DNA of 15,656 bases from Armatimonadota bacterium (lineage in GTDB: Bacteria; Armatimonadota; UBA5829; DTLH01). The notes beneath the pieces were generated by a model, which worked only from the letters and a program-made list of their open reading frames with translations, searched no databases and had not been told where the DNA came from. Positions 6,863 through 15,356 of the stretch are shown piece by piece (positions within the stretch are counted from its first letter, which is position 1; each line of letters begins with the position of its first letter). Location: the NCBI GenBank assembly GCA_038207085.1, contig JBBRAE010000051.1:1-15656 (forward strand). Direction: 5' to 3'. The position numbers and the translations under genes are program-made.

Positions 6863-7677
6863 GTCTAGGGCTTGAAGAAATCGAGCGCTACAGCCGCCAG
6901 ATACTCCTGAAGCAGGTCGGCGGCAAGGGGCAGGAGAAGCTGCTCGCGTCGCGGGTCCTTATCATAGGCGCTGGCGGGCTCGGGTCTCCAGCGGCGCTGT
7001 ATCTTGCGGCGGCGGGTGTGGGAACGATCGGGCTTGTGGACGGCGACAATGTGGACCTGTCGAATCTGCAACGGCAGATCGCGCACTTCACAGCCGACCT
7101 TGGAACCCCGAAGGTGGAGTCGGCTGCAGAGAAGCTCACTGCGATCAACCCGTCGGTGAAGGTTGAGACCTACAACGAGCGGGTCTTTGCCCATAACGTG
7201 TTAAGCATTGTGAAAGATTACGACTTTATATTAGACGGCACGGACAACTTTCCCGCCAAGTTCCTGATAAACGACGCCTGCCATTTCGCCTGTGTGCCCT
7301 TCTCACATGCAGGGATTCTTCGGTTCGACGGACAGCTCTTCACTGTAAGGCCGGGAGAGTCGGCCTGTTACAGATGTCTGTTCGACAGTCCTCCGCCCGC
7401 CGGCGTTGTCCCGTCGTGCTCCCAGGCAGGAGTGCTCGGCACTATGGCGGGAGTCATTGGCTGCCTGCAGGCAACGGAGGCGCTCAAGTATCTGCTTGGC
7501 ATTGGAGAACTCCTGACCGACCGGATGCTCATCTTTGACGCGCTATCTATGAGGTTCAGGGAAGCAAGGTTCAAGCGCAACCCGAGGTGCCCTACCTGCG
7601 GCGAGAACCCGCGTATCACCGAGCTTATCGACGAGGAACAGGTGGCGTGCGACCTGAAGAACGGCGGGAAGTCATGA
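6859..7677 (+). CDS. ThiF/MoeB-family adenylyltransferase (HcyF-like), no rhodanese domain
   Basis: ERYSRQ, GAGGLGSP, DGDNVDLSNLQRQ, DGTDNF, Zn motifs CYRC and CPTC, PSCSQAGVLG. The GTG start overlaps the carrier stop (GTGA). Confidence 0.92.
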   Translation: MSLGLEEIERYSRQILLKQVGGKGQEKLLASRVLIIGAGGLGSPAALYLAAAGVGTIGLVDGDNVDLSNLQRQIAHFTADLGTPKVESAAEKLTAINPSVKVETYNERVFAHNVLSIVKDYDFILDGTDNFPAKFLINDACHFACVPFSHAGILRFDGQLFTVRPGESACYRCLFDSPPPAGVVPSCSQAGVLGTMAGVIGCLQATEALKYLLGIGELLTDRMLIFDALSMRFREARFKRNPRCPTCGENPRITELIDEEQVACDLKNGGKS

Positions 7678-8075
7678 TCGTTCTCCCCGTCGATATCGTA
7701 GAAGACCTGATAGCGCACGCCGTGGAACATGCGCCCATCGAGGCCTGCGGGCTTCTCGCGGGAGTGGGGTCAGTCGTGCAAGAGCTGTACCGGCTGACCA
7801 ATACAGATGCCAGTGCAGAGCACTTCAGCCTGGACCCGAAAGAGCAGTTTGCGGCTGTGAAAGACATGCGGGCAAGCGGGACGGAGATGCTCGCGGTCTA
7901 TCACAGCCACCCGGCAACGCCCGCGAGGATGTCCGATGAGGATCTTCGTATGGCTTTGACACCAGGAATCAGGTATGTGATCGTATCACTTGCCGACCCG
8001 GCGCAGCCGGTTATTAAGAGCTTCACAATTGAAGAGGGCGCACCCGTCGAAGCGCCGGTTCTGATACAGGAGTAA
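7674..8075 (+). CDS. JAB1/MPN (JAMM) metallopeptidase, Mec/HcyD-like
   Basis: PIEACGLLAG and JAMM motif YHSHPATPARMSDED (HxH-x7-S-x2-D). The real start is most likely ATG 7674, an ATGA overlap with the ThiF-like stop, giving 133 aa; the track's 7587 start is less likely. Confidence 0.9.
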   Translation: MIVLPVDIVEDLIAHAVEHAPIEACGLLAGVGSVVQELYRLTNTDASAEHFSLDPKEQFAAVKDMRASGTEMLAVYHSHPATPARMSDEDLRMALTPGIRYVIVSLADPAQPVIKSFTIEEGAPVEAPVLIQE

Positions 8076-8079
8076 GACT

Positions 8080-10395
8080 ATGAACAGCACGTTGTACCAT
8101 ATAGCTGAAACCGTCGTAGAAGATACCCGAGCGTATCGCGGACAGGTCGAGAAGTTTTTGGCGGGAGAGACCTCCGCGATTGCATTCAAGGCTATCCGCG
8201 TTCCAATGGGGATATACGAGCAGCGGGAAAACGACAGGTATATGGTTCGTGTACGCGGCGCTGCAGGGGTATTTCTACCCGAGCAGATCCGGCGGGTAGC
8301 AGAGCTTTCCAGGGAGTTTGGCAACGGCACCGTCCACGTCACAACACGGCAGGATCTTCAGATCCACCGAGCCGACATTGCGGACACCCCCACGATCCTG
8401 GATAGGCTGCTTGAGGTGGAACTATCATCAAGGGGCGGGGGCGGAAACACTGTCCGCAACATCTCCGCATGCCCACGGGCTGGAGTCTGCGAGAGTGAAG
8501 CCTTCGACGTGACTCCCCATGCCTTTGCGCTGACCGAGTATCTGATCCGAGAAAGGGGCAACTTCAACCTACCTCGGAAGTTCAAAGCCGCCTTCTCAGG
8601 ATGCGCCACGGACTGCGCTCTTGCTTCCGTCGCCGATCTTGGGTTCTTTGCGCACATCCGTGACGGCGAGCGAGGCTTCGCGGTATACGCGGCCGGCGGG
8701 ATGGGATCGCACTCCGCGCTTTCGGTCCTGATTGAGGAGTTCATCCCCGCCGAGTCCATCTTCGAGGTTGCCGAGGCTGTGAAGCGGCTTTTCGACAAGC
8801 ATGGAGACCGCGCGAACCGTCACAAGGCCCGCTTGCGTTATGTGGTCAAGCGCGTCGGCGTTGATGTGTTCCGAAGCCTCTACGGGGAAGAGTTGGCGCA
8901 AGTGCGGCGCGAGACAATCCAGTTTCCAGTTATTCATAACGCCCAGCCACAAGCATCTGCCAGTGACGATCTGAACGCAGAGGAGCCGGACGATGCTGTG
9001 TACCGAAAGTGGAAAGCAAAGAGAGCAATCTCGCAGAAACAGCAGGGGCTCTGCAGCGTGGCGATTCCTCTCCCGCTTGGGGACATCGACGCATCGGCTC
9101 TCTCCGCCATCGCCGACCTTGCCCATCTCGGCAACGGCGCTGTGAGAACGTCTCAGGATCAGGACTTGCTCCTCACTTACGTGCCCGAATCCGCACTTTA
9201 CGAGCTTTACAGCTCGCTCAAGAAGATCGACGACAGGTTCGTCTCGTCGAGCGGGGTCAAGACCGTAGCATGCGCCGGTGCGTCCACATGCAAGCTTGGA
9301 TTATGTCTCTCCCGTGGACTGGCCGATGCATTGGAGCACTCACTTTCTGACATAGAAGTGCCTTTTGATGATCCCATCTACATCAGTGGATGCCCCAACT
9401 CGTGCGGTCATCACCCCATAGCGTCCATCGGGCTTTACGGAACAGCACAGCGTGTCAATGACAGGCTCGTCCCCTTCTACGGGGTAGTCGCTGGCGGACG
9501 CCCCGCCGAGGAGAACGCGGGGCTTGCCAAGTTCGTAGCACGAGTCCCGGCGCGAGCTCTGCCGAAGCTTCTCAGCGAGTTCTTCGCAGCCGCAGATGTG
9601 GAGCGCAATGGCGGTGAGAGCCTGGTCGATCTGCTTGGCCGCTGGGGCACAAACTACCTAACCGAACTGGCGACGAAATACGAGAGTGTCCCGTCCTATG
9701 AGGAATCGTCTGAGTTTTACAGGGACTTCGGGGGCTGTCAGGACTTCTCACTCGCCGGTCGCGGCCCTGGCGAGTGCGGCGCGGGAGTTATGGATGTGAT
9801 TGCGCTCGATATCGACGCCGCGAAATCCGCGCTTCGGGAAGGTCGGCTCTACGATGCGCTGGTCGCATCGGCCGGGGCCCTGCTCGTTACGCGAGGCCTG
9901 GAACCGAAGAAGGATCGTGAAGTGTTTGCCGCGTTCAGTGAGCATCTAATCGACCAGGGATGGATCAGCGACAGTGCCGGAACACTCTTGGATTCGGCGC
10001 TGGACTTCAAACTCGGCGATCGCGACTCCCTCGACGATCTACGTGACGACATCGCCACTCTTCTCAGCCGGGTAGAGCGACTCTTCGGATCACTGGACGC
10101 CAACCTCAACTTCCGAATCGAACGAGTCGAGGTTACAGAGCAGGAAACCGGGACCCACGCCGGCTCCGAAGAGACAACTGAAATCGACCTCCGAGGGGTC
10201 GCGTGCCCAATGAACTTCGTTCGGGCGAAGGTTCAGTTGGAGCAGATCGACATTGGAGAAGTGCTCGATATTCTCCTGGACGAAGGCGAACCGGCGCGCA
10301 ATGTTCCTGCCAGCTTCGCCGACCAAGGGGAGGAAGTGGTTTCTGTTACGAACGAACAGGCCCACTTCCGGGTGAGGGTGCGTAAGCGCACATAG
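8080..10395 (+). CDS. sir: Siroheme-type sulfite reductase fused to a helical (HEPN-like) segment and a C-terminal TusA/SirA sulfur-relay domain
   Basis: GIYEQR, YMVRVR, HVTTRQDLQ, GNTVRN, LPRKFK, RHKARLRY, C-x5-C plus SGC-x3-C ligand sets. The C-terminal IDLRGVACPMNFVRAK...NVPAS is the TusA CPxP-type motif (CPMN here). Confidence 0.88.
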   Translation: MNSTLYHIAETVVEDTRAYRGQVEKFLAGETSAIAFKAIRVPMGIYEQRENDRYMVRVRGAAGVFLPEQIRRVAELSREFGNGTVHVTTRQDLQIHRADIADTPTILDRLLEVELSSRGGGGNTVRNISACPRAGVCESEAFDVTPHAFALTEYLIRERGNFNLPRKFKAAFSGCATDCALASVADLGFFAHIRDGERGFAVYAAGGMGSHSALSVLIEEFIPAESIFEVAEAVKRLFDKHGDRANRHKARLRYVVKRVGVDVFRSLYGEELAQVRRETIQFPVIHNAQPQASASDDLNAEEPDDAVYRKWKAKRAISQKQQGLCSVAIPLPLGDIDASALSAIADLAHLGNGAVRTSQDQDLLLTYVPESALYELYSSLKKIDDRFVSSSGVKTVACAGASTCKLGLCLSRGLADALEHSLSDIEVPFDDPIYISGCPNSCGHHPIASIGLYGTAQRVNDRLVPFYGVVAGGRPAEENAGLAKFVARVPARALPKLLSEFFAAADVERNGGESLVDLLGRWGTNYLTELATKYESVPSYEESSEFYRDFGGCQDFSLAGRGPGECGAGVMDVIALDIDAAKSALREGRLYDALVASAGALLVTRGLEPKKDREVFAAFSEHLIDQGWISDSAGTLLDSALDFKLGDRDSLDDLRDDIATLLSRVERLFGSLDANLNFRIERVEVTEQETGTHAGSEETTEIDLRGVACPMNFVRAKVQLEQIDIGEVLDILLDEGEPARNVPASFADQGEEVVSVTNEQAHFRVRVRKRT

Positions 10396-10430
10396 TTGCG
10401 AACCGTTGCCCTGGTCTGACCCACATCCCG

Positions 10431-12839
10431 CTAGCCATGGAGAGCAATGACGCCGTCGATGTAGCGCTCACTATTAGCGCCTGTCCGTATGCTGCCACCG
10501 ACGTCGACAGTGCTGCCCTCCTGAACGCCTAGAGGAAGTGTACGGGGTGTTATCTTGATCGCCGATGACCTGTCTGATTGCTGGACGTAGATGCAGTCTC
10601 CGAATATGGCACTGACCACTACCGAATTGATCCCAAGTGATGAGGAATCAGCCAGTCCCTTTGCTTGGCCGATAGTCGATACCAGGGACCCTACGGCGGC
10701 CACTCCGTCGCTCGGGGCCGACCACGCCCCAACGTTACCTGCAACATCGACGCCCTGCACCGAGCAGTAACAGACTTGGCCCAGTGCCACGGTGGCGGAC
10801 TTAGTCAGTGCGCCTCCAACACTCCCAGCGAATACTTCGCCTCCACCCGGCGTCGTGCCTATTTGGCAGTTGTAGCCCACGACCCCGCTCAAGGCGTCCG
10901 AGGCCGCCGTCCAGCTAAACGACACGGTCGTTCCCACAACATACCCGCCAGCGTCGGCAGGCGCCCCGGGGGCCACAGGTGCTGTCGCATCAAGGGTGAT
11001 GGCGTCCGCTGCCTGTGAAGTAGCCGACGACGAGTCCACGAACTGGGCATATATCGTCTTTGTACCATCACCCGCCGCAAGCGTCCAAGTCTTCCAAGTG
11101 GAGTAGGTTTCCCACGTAGACCACGTGATACCGTCGTTACTGAACCGCATAGAGGTAACTGGGTAGCTTCCAGAGGCCAGAAGAGACAGTGGAACAACGC
11201 TTGAGTTGGTGTAAACCGCTCCGGCGTTCACCGCGACGCTTCCGGATAAGGGAACAAAGCTGCCTGCCACAAACATCATTGTCGTACCCGATGCACTGAT
11301 ACCTGCAAAAGGGAGTCCAAGCGAAACCCCGGAATAGTTCAGATTGTTCGGCGTTGTGCTGCTTGTGAAGCTCGATAGCGCGTTTGCGCGGAAGTAATCG
11401 CTGTCGTTACCGGTTACATAAGGCGCCAGCTCAAGATCTTGCGTGCCGCTTGCCTCTTCAAGATCGACCTTGTAGTGTGTCTGATTGTCATTGTTTGCCT
11501 GGTTGTCGTCGATGTGCCAGATGAGAATGCCACGAGATGACCCCGGCAGCGCGGCGTCAAAGCCGGTTCCCTGCCGGTTCTCAACGAGGAAATACTCGTT
11601 CGCAGCAAAAGGTCCCCGAAGCTTGTACACCTGAGGGGTCGTCTCAACATGTGGAACTGAGTATGAGCTGCCCGTAGATGAGATGAGCATCGGAGTTACC
11701 CATCCTAGGTTGACCTTGCACCACGCGCTCATGTGTGTTGGTCTTCTACCGTCTCCGCCGCCCCAGCTTCCCGAAGCCATTAGACAAAAGCTTCCCGCGC
11801 CTGAGCTGTCGTACCCAGTGTCGTACAGGTCCGGCAGCCCGAGGAAGTGGCCTGTCTCGTGGCAGATGACGCCGATGCGCGTTATCCCCCAGGTTGAGCT
11901 GTTGCTGTCAACACCCCGACGGGCAGGCTCTGTATGATATCTTGTCATCCTCACCCCATCGTAGATGATCGTGCTGCCGAACCCAGAGGCGTGCGACCAG
12001 ATGTAGTTGGGGTCGTTGCCGCTGTATTCTTCTCCTCCGCCCGCGTGGATTACCGTGAGACCGTCAATGTAGCCGTCGCCGTTGCCGTCTACCGTGCGGA
12101 AGTCAAAACCCCGTGCATTGAGCTTGGCCAGGGCCTCTTGAACCATTGCCTGCGGACGAATATCCATTCCCCCGGAGTTTGCTCCGTAGTAGGCGTAACC
12201 GTAGTCAAGCGTGACCGGCTCAACGACGGTAGACGAAACGGTGAGGGCACCGTAGGATATCTCCTGGTAGTAGTCCTTGACCGATCCGACGGCGCCGTCG
12301 GCCACGTAGCCGGTTTGGTTGAACAGGTCGTCATACTGCTGGCGGGAATAGGGGATCGTCAGGTCTGAGAAGTTGACCAAGAGCACGAGGTTGTGCATTG
12401 TGCCCTTGCTTGGCGTGGCTGCGGTCGGGGTGACTAACTGAGTGCTCTGTGCGCCCGCTGACTGACCGAACATGGCCGCGATGTCCGGTTTCCTGAGCCC
12501 TGCAGCTCTTGGGTTGTCTCTTCCCACGACAAACGGGGTCTCAACTTCCCGTCCGCCGGAGTGCGTGGCGTACACCCAGTGGCCGGTTTTCCCCGACTTG
12601 GTTACAAGGTATCCATCCCTGTCCTCGTGCCAGTGGGTTCTCTCGTCGCCTCGGAGGAAGACGGGTGCCTCGGACCCGTCAGGCTGCAAGAGAAGCGCCG
12701 CTTCGGGGTTTGCCTGCACAGCATACAGTGGCTGGCATAACAGGCAGGCAAAGAACAACAGACTCAGCATTGGCCGCACAGACAAATGCGCTGTCTGCAC
12801 AGAAGTGTCCCGACGACGAACTGCGGCATCTATGCTCAT
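10431..12839 (-). CDS. Secreted M6-family (immune inhibitor A-like) zinc metalloprotease with C-terminal beta domains
   Basis: Signal-like hydrophobic stretch LSLLFFACLLCQPLYA, propeptide QPDGS...RGDE, GSVKDYYQEISYG, IHAGGGEE, IWSH, zinc motif CHETGHFLGLPDLYD, LMASGSW, EYFLVENRQ, GILIWHID. These are followed by Ig/FN3-like segments (FSNDG, DATAP, FSWTAASD). An alternative start is 12770. Confidence 0.88.
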   Translation of the reverse strand: MSIDAAVRRRDTSVQTAHLSVRPMLSLLFFACLLCQPLYAVQANPEAALLLQPDGSEAPVFLRGDERTHWHEDRDGYLVTKSGKTGHWVYATHSGGREVETPFVVGRDNPRAAGLRKPDIAAMFGQSAGAQSTQLVTPTAATPSKGTMHNLVLLVNFSDLTIPYSRQQYDDLFNQTGYVADGAVGSVKDYYQEISYGALTVSSTVVEPVTLDYGYAYYGANSGGMDIRPQAMVQEALAKLNARGFDFRTVDGNGDGYIDGLTVIHAGGGEEYSGNDPNYIWSHASGFGSTIIYDGVRMTRYHTEPARRGVDSNSSTWGITRIGVICHETGHFLGLPDLYDTGYDSSGAGSFCLMASGSWGGGDGRRPTHMSAWCKVNLGWVTPMLISSTGSSYSVPHVETTPQVYKLRGPFAANEYFLVENRQGTGFDAALPGSSRGILIWHIDDNQANNDNQTHYKVDLEEASGTQDLELAPYVTGNDSDYFRANALSSFTSSTTPNNLNYSGVSLGLPFAGISASGTTMMFVAGSFVPLSGSVAVNAGAVYTNSSVVPLSLLASGSYPVTSMRFSNDGITWSTWETYSTWKTWTLAAGDGTKTIYAQFVDSSSATSQAADAITLDATAPVAPGAPADAGGYVVGTTVSFSWTAASDALSGVVGYNCQIGTTPGGGEVFAGSVGGALTKSATVALGQVCYCSVQGVDVAGNVGAWSAPSDGVAAVGSLVSTIGQAKGLADSSSLGINSVVVSAIFGDCIYVQQSDRSSAIKITPRTLPLGVQEGSTVDVGGSIRTGANSERYIDGVIALHG

Positions 12840-12897
12840 AGAAGGTGACCTGCTACAACGTTGCTTGTATTACGTGGGTAGTTTAGTTGAGAAATAT

Positions 12898-13497
12898 CTA
12901 CTGTGTTTTTGCGGCGGGTGCTTTGGTTTTCGCTTTCCAGTCCGCCTCGCGCTGGTTCTCAAGAGTCGCTCGCTGAGCCGGTGTGAGGATCTTCTCCGCC
13001 TGATCCCAGTAGCTCCTGCGGGCAGAGGCAATCTCACCGGACAGAGCAACCACTGCGCTCGCTTCGTTCTCTATCTGTGCGACGGGGGTTCTCTTGTTGC
13101 CCTTGGCATCGGCAAGATACCGTCCTGTCTTCTGTGCAGCGGCGTTGGCCTGGGCAATCTTGGGCCCGTAGTATTTTCGCCAGTCCAACTGAATCTTCGT
13201 GAGCTTACGAACCTGTTCGGCGCTTATCCCAAGTCTATCCCGACGAGCGATTATAAAGCCAATCTCGGGGGTCGGTCCAATCCTCTGCGCTGAGTCCGAG
13301 TATACCAACTGGCGCTCGACTATCGGTGGCTGCGGTCTCTGCATCGCTATCTGTCTTTGCACCCCGACATACCTGTAGCCAACCACTATCGAGAGGATGA
13401 TCGCGATGATGAGCCCTGGCCCAATGTTGAGGATCCGACGCTTCCTTGGGGTGTCCGTACCTTGACTGTTCGAACTCTTGGCGCTTGGTGTGGTCAT
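12898..13497 (-). CDS. Membrane-anchored periplasmic helical protein, Spy/CpxP-like (LTxxQ)
   Basis: Basic N-terminus, TM helix IGPGLIIAIILSIVVGY, LGISAEQVRKL and ILTPAQRATL motifs, Ala/Gln/Lys-rich helical body. Confidence 0.6.
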   Translation of the reverse strand: MTTPSAKSSNSQGTDTPRKRRILNIGPGLIIAIILSIVVGYRYVGVQRQIAMQRPQPPIVERQLVYSDSAQRIGPTPEIGFIIARRDRLGISAEQVRKLTKIQLDWRKYYGPKIAQANAAAQKTGRYLADAKGNKRTPVAQIENEASAVVALSGEIASARRSYWDQAEKILTPAQRATLENQREADWKAKTKAPAAKTQ

Positions 13498-13542
13498 TAT
13501 AAGCTATGTTTCCTTGTTCCTGCGAATGGTGTCATGGTATGG

Positions 13543-13569
13543 GACGAAAGACCCCAAAAGAAGGTTGCA
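13543..13569 (-). promoter_or_regulatory. Putative ECF-sigma promoter upstream of the Spy/CpxP-like gene
   Basis: The minus strand reads TGCAAC, 17 nt (CTTCTTTTGGGGTCTTT), CGTC, fitting the generic ECF AAC...CGT architecture. It lies about 45 nt upstream of ATG 13497. Confidence 0.45.
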
Positions 13570-13614
13570 TCTTTATTCCGTGGTCCTTGCTACATTGTCC
13601 AATTGCTGCCTATG

Positions 13615-13935
13615 TTACTTCTTGATGTATTTCAACGGGTTCTTGTCGAACGCAGGCTTGCATCTGGCGCAGCAGAAGTAGTAAGTCTTACCCTTGTATA
13701 CGCTTTTGCCGGAGGCTTTGGTCACGTCGGGAATCTTTTCCCCACGGACCGGACAGACCGCCGAAACTACCTTCTTCTTGGCAGGAGTGACTTTGGTGGC
13801 TTTGGCCTTCGCCTGCGCAGCCGCCATCTTATGACCAGCCATGCCGGGCATCCCTGCCATGTCCTGGGACGCAAGCGCCGGGACGAGTGAAGCCGCAAAC
13901 AACGCGGCCAGTGTGAGTCCAATGATACTCTTCAT
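13615..13935 (-). CDS. Exported YHS-domain protein with Met-rich N-terminus (putative Cu/Ag binding)
   Basis: Signal peptide MKSIIGLTLAALFAASLVPALA, then QDMAGMPGMAGHKM and the YHS/TRASH motif VCPV...YKGKTYYFCCARC...F.KNP.KY. Confidence 0.85.
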   Translation of the reverse strand: MKSIIGLTLAALFAASLVPALASQDMAGMPGMAGHKMAAAQAKAKATKVTPAKKKVVSAVCPVRGEKIPDVTKASGKSVYKGKTYYFCCARCKPAFDKNPLKYIKK

Positions 13936-14009
13936 TTAGCTGCTAATTCTTTCGAGTGTTACTTGGCCCGTTTCATTTACGGTCGCGACGTGTCGTTTCG
14001 AGTTAATCA

Positions 14010-15356
14010 TTACCTTTGACCTGTCGCCCTGGTGAGTGTCTCACGGGCAACGTTGTAGTTGTAGAGTGCCTCGGCATGGTTAGTCTGGGCACGAGTAAGT
14101 GTGGCGAGGGCATCCAGCACCTCGACGTTTGTCGACTTGCCGGCCTCGTACCTCAGCCGGATGACCCTGTAGTCCTCTTCAGCCTGAGCAACAGCGGCTT
14201 CGGAAAGAGTTACATTCTTTGTCGCTGCTCCGAGCTGTGCGGCTGAAGTAGCTACGTCTCGGTCTACCATCAAGATGGCCTCGCGCTCGTCCGCGCGCAT
14301 CTGCTGAAGCATAGCCTGGGACTCGTTGACCGCGGACTTGCGCTGTCCGCCATCCAAAATGGGCAAAGCCGCGGTAACGCCGAGAAGATATCCCGTGTCG
14401 GTGCCTCCACGCATCGTGGAAACATCCGCCATTGCCGTGGCATAGACTTGGGGCTTATAAGCGCTTTTTGCCACACCGAGAATCGCCGCCGCCGACCGTA
14501 TCCGTGCTCTTGCCGCGGCTACCTCAGGACGCTGAGATACGGCCTTTGCCTGGAGGTCCTCCAGATTCGGTTGTTCCGACTTGAACGTCAAGGTGTCCGA
14601 AAGAGTGAGGGCCGATGATTGCGAGATGCCCATCGCGTTTTTCATGTCTATGAGCGCCATCGCCTCATCCCTATGCGCGTTGTTCACCTGCTGCTGGGCT
14701 TCGGCAAGATCGGTCTGGTTGCGCAGCAGGTCGAAGCGAGCGATCTTGCCTGCGTTGTAGGACTCCTGCGCGATACGAACACGCTCCGTGGCCTCGGTCA
14801 CTCGCCGCTGATATGCCTGAACATTCTCTCGCTGCAACAGAACGTTGTAGTATGCGTTCTTCACGGCGAGCGCCACGTCGAGCTCGGATGTTGTCGCTTC
14901 AGAGGATGATGCTTCGGCCAGAGCCCTTGCGCTTCCCACCCGGCCCTTGAGCGCACCACCGGTATAGAGCGGATACATGGCCATCAGGTTCTGGTCAAGC
15001 CGCGCCTTGTTCGGCGTCAGCGTGAAGTTCTGAGGCTGCACGCTATCCGGCCCGGGAACTATCATATCCATTGAGCTGGCGGTTGCGAATGTCGTTGTGG
15101 TAACCTGCGGCCGGGTCATGGCGCGCGCCATTCCAACTCTTGCCGTCGCCGCCGCAACCGTGGCTCTGCGCGCTTCTACAGTCGGACTGTTCTTGAGCGC
15201 AATGCTGACCGCATCGTTTATCGACACTGCCTGCGAAACCACGGGCTGCCCTGTCTTGTCAGTCTCCTGTGACAGCGATGGAGCGCCAATCAGGACTATC
15301 AATGCTACCCCAAGGCCACCCATAATAGTGAGTCTTCTTACTCCGCATGATCTCAT
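14010..15356 (-). CDS. TolC-family outer membrane efflux protein
   Basis: Signal peptide, DAVSIALKNSP, PLYTGG, VKNAYYNVL, YNAGKIARFDLL, RPEV, LPILDGG, RYEAGKSTNVEVLDA, LTRATG; two OEP repeats. Confidence 0.92.
   Translation of the reverse strand: MRSCGVRRLTIMGGLGVALIVLIGAPSLSQETDKTGQPVVSQAVSINDAVSIALKNSPTVEARRATVAAATARVGMARAMTRPQVTTTTFATASSMDMIVPGPDSVQPQNFTLTPNKARLDQNLMAMYPLYTGGALKGRVGSARALAEASSSEATTSELDVALAVKNAYYNVLLQRENVQAYQRRVTEATERVRIAQESYNAGKIARFDLLRNQTDLAEAQQQVNNAHRDEAMALIDMKNAMGISQSSALTLSDTLTFKSEQPNLEDLQAKAVSQRPEVAAARARIRSAAAILGVAKSAYKPQVYATAMADVSTMRGGTDTGYLLGVTAALPILDGGQRKSAVNESQAMLQQMRADEREAILMVDRDVATSAAQLGAATKNVTLSEAAVAQAEEDYRVIRLRYEAGKSTNVEVLDALATLTRAQTNHAEALYNYNVARETLTRATGQR

Noticed and set aside
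7587..7673. N-terminal extension of the JAMM protein in the ORF track
   Set aside because: It overlaps the ThiF-like gene out of frame; ATG 7674 with an ATGA overlap fits the family length.
6641..7677. Thiamine (thiS/thiF) or molybdopterin (moaD/moeB) biosynthesis
   Set aside because: No thiG/thiH or moaE is present. The masked GG, JAMM protease, metY and sir context point to amino-acid sulfur transfer.
12472..13890. Plus-strand ORFs 12472-13293 and 13357-13890
   Set aside because: They are antisense to the protease, Spy-like and YHS genes, have no family motifs and look like shadow frames.
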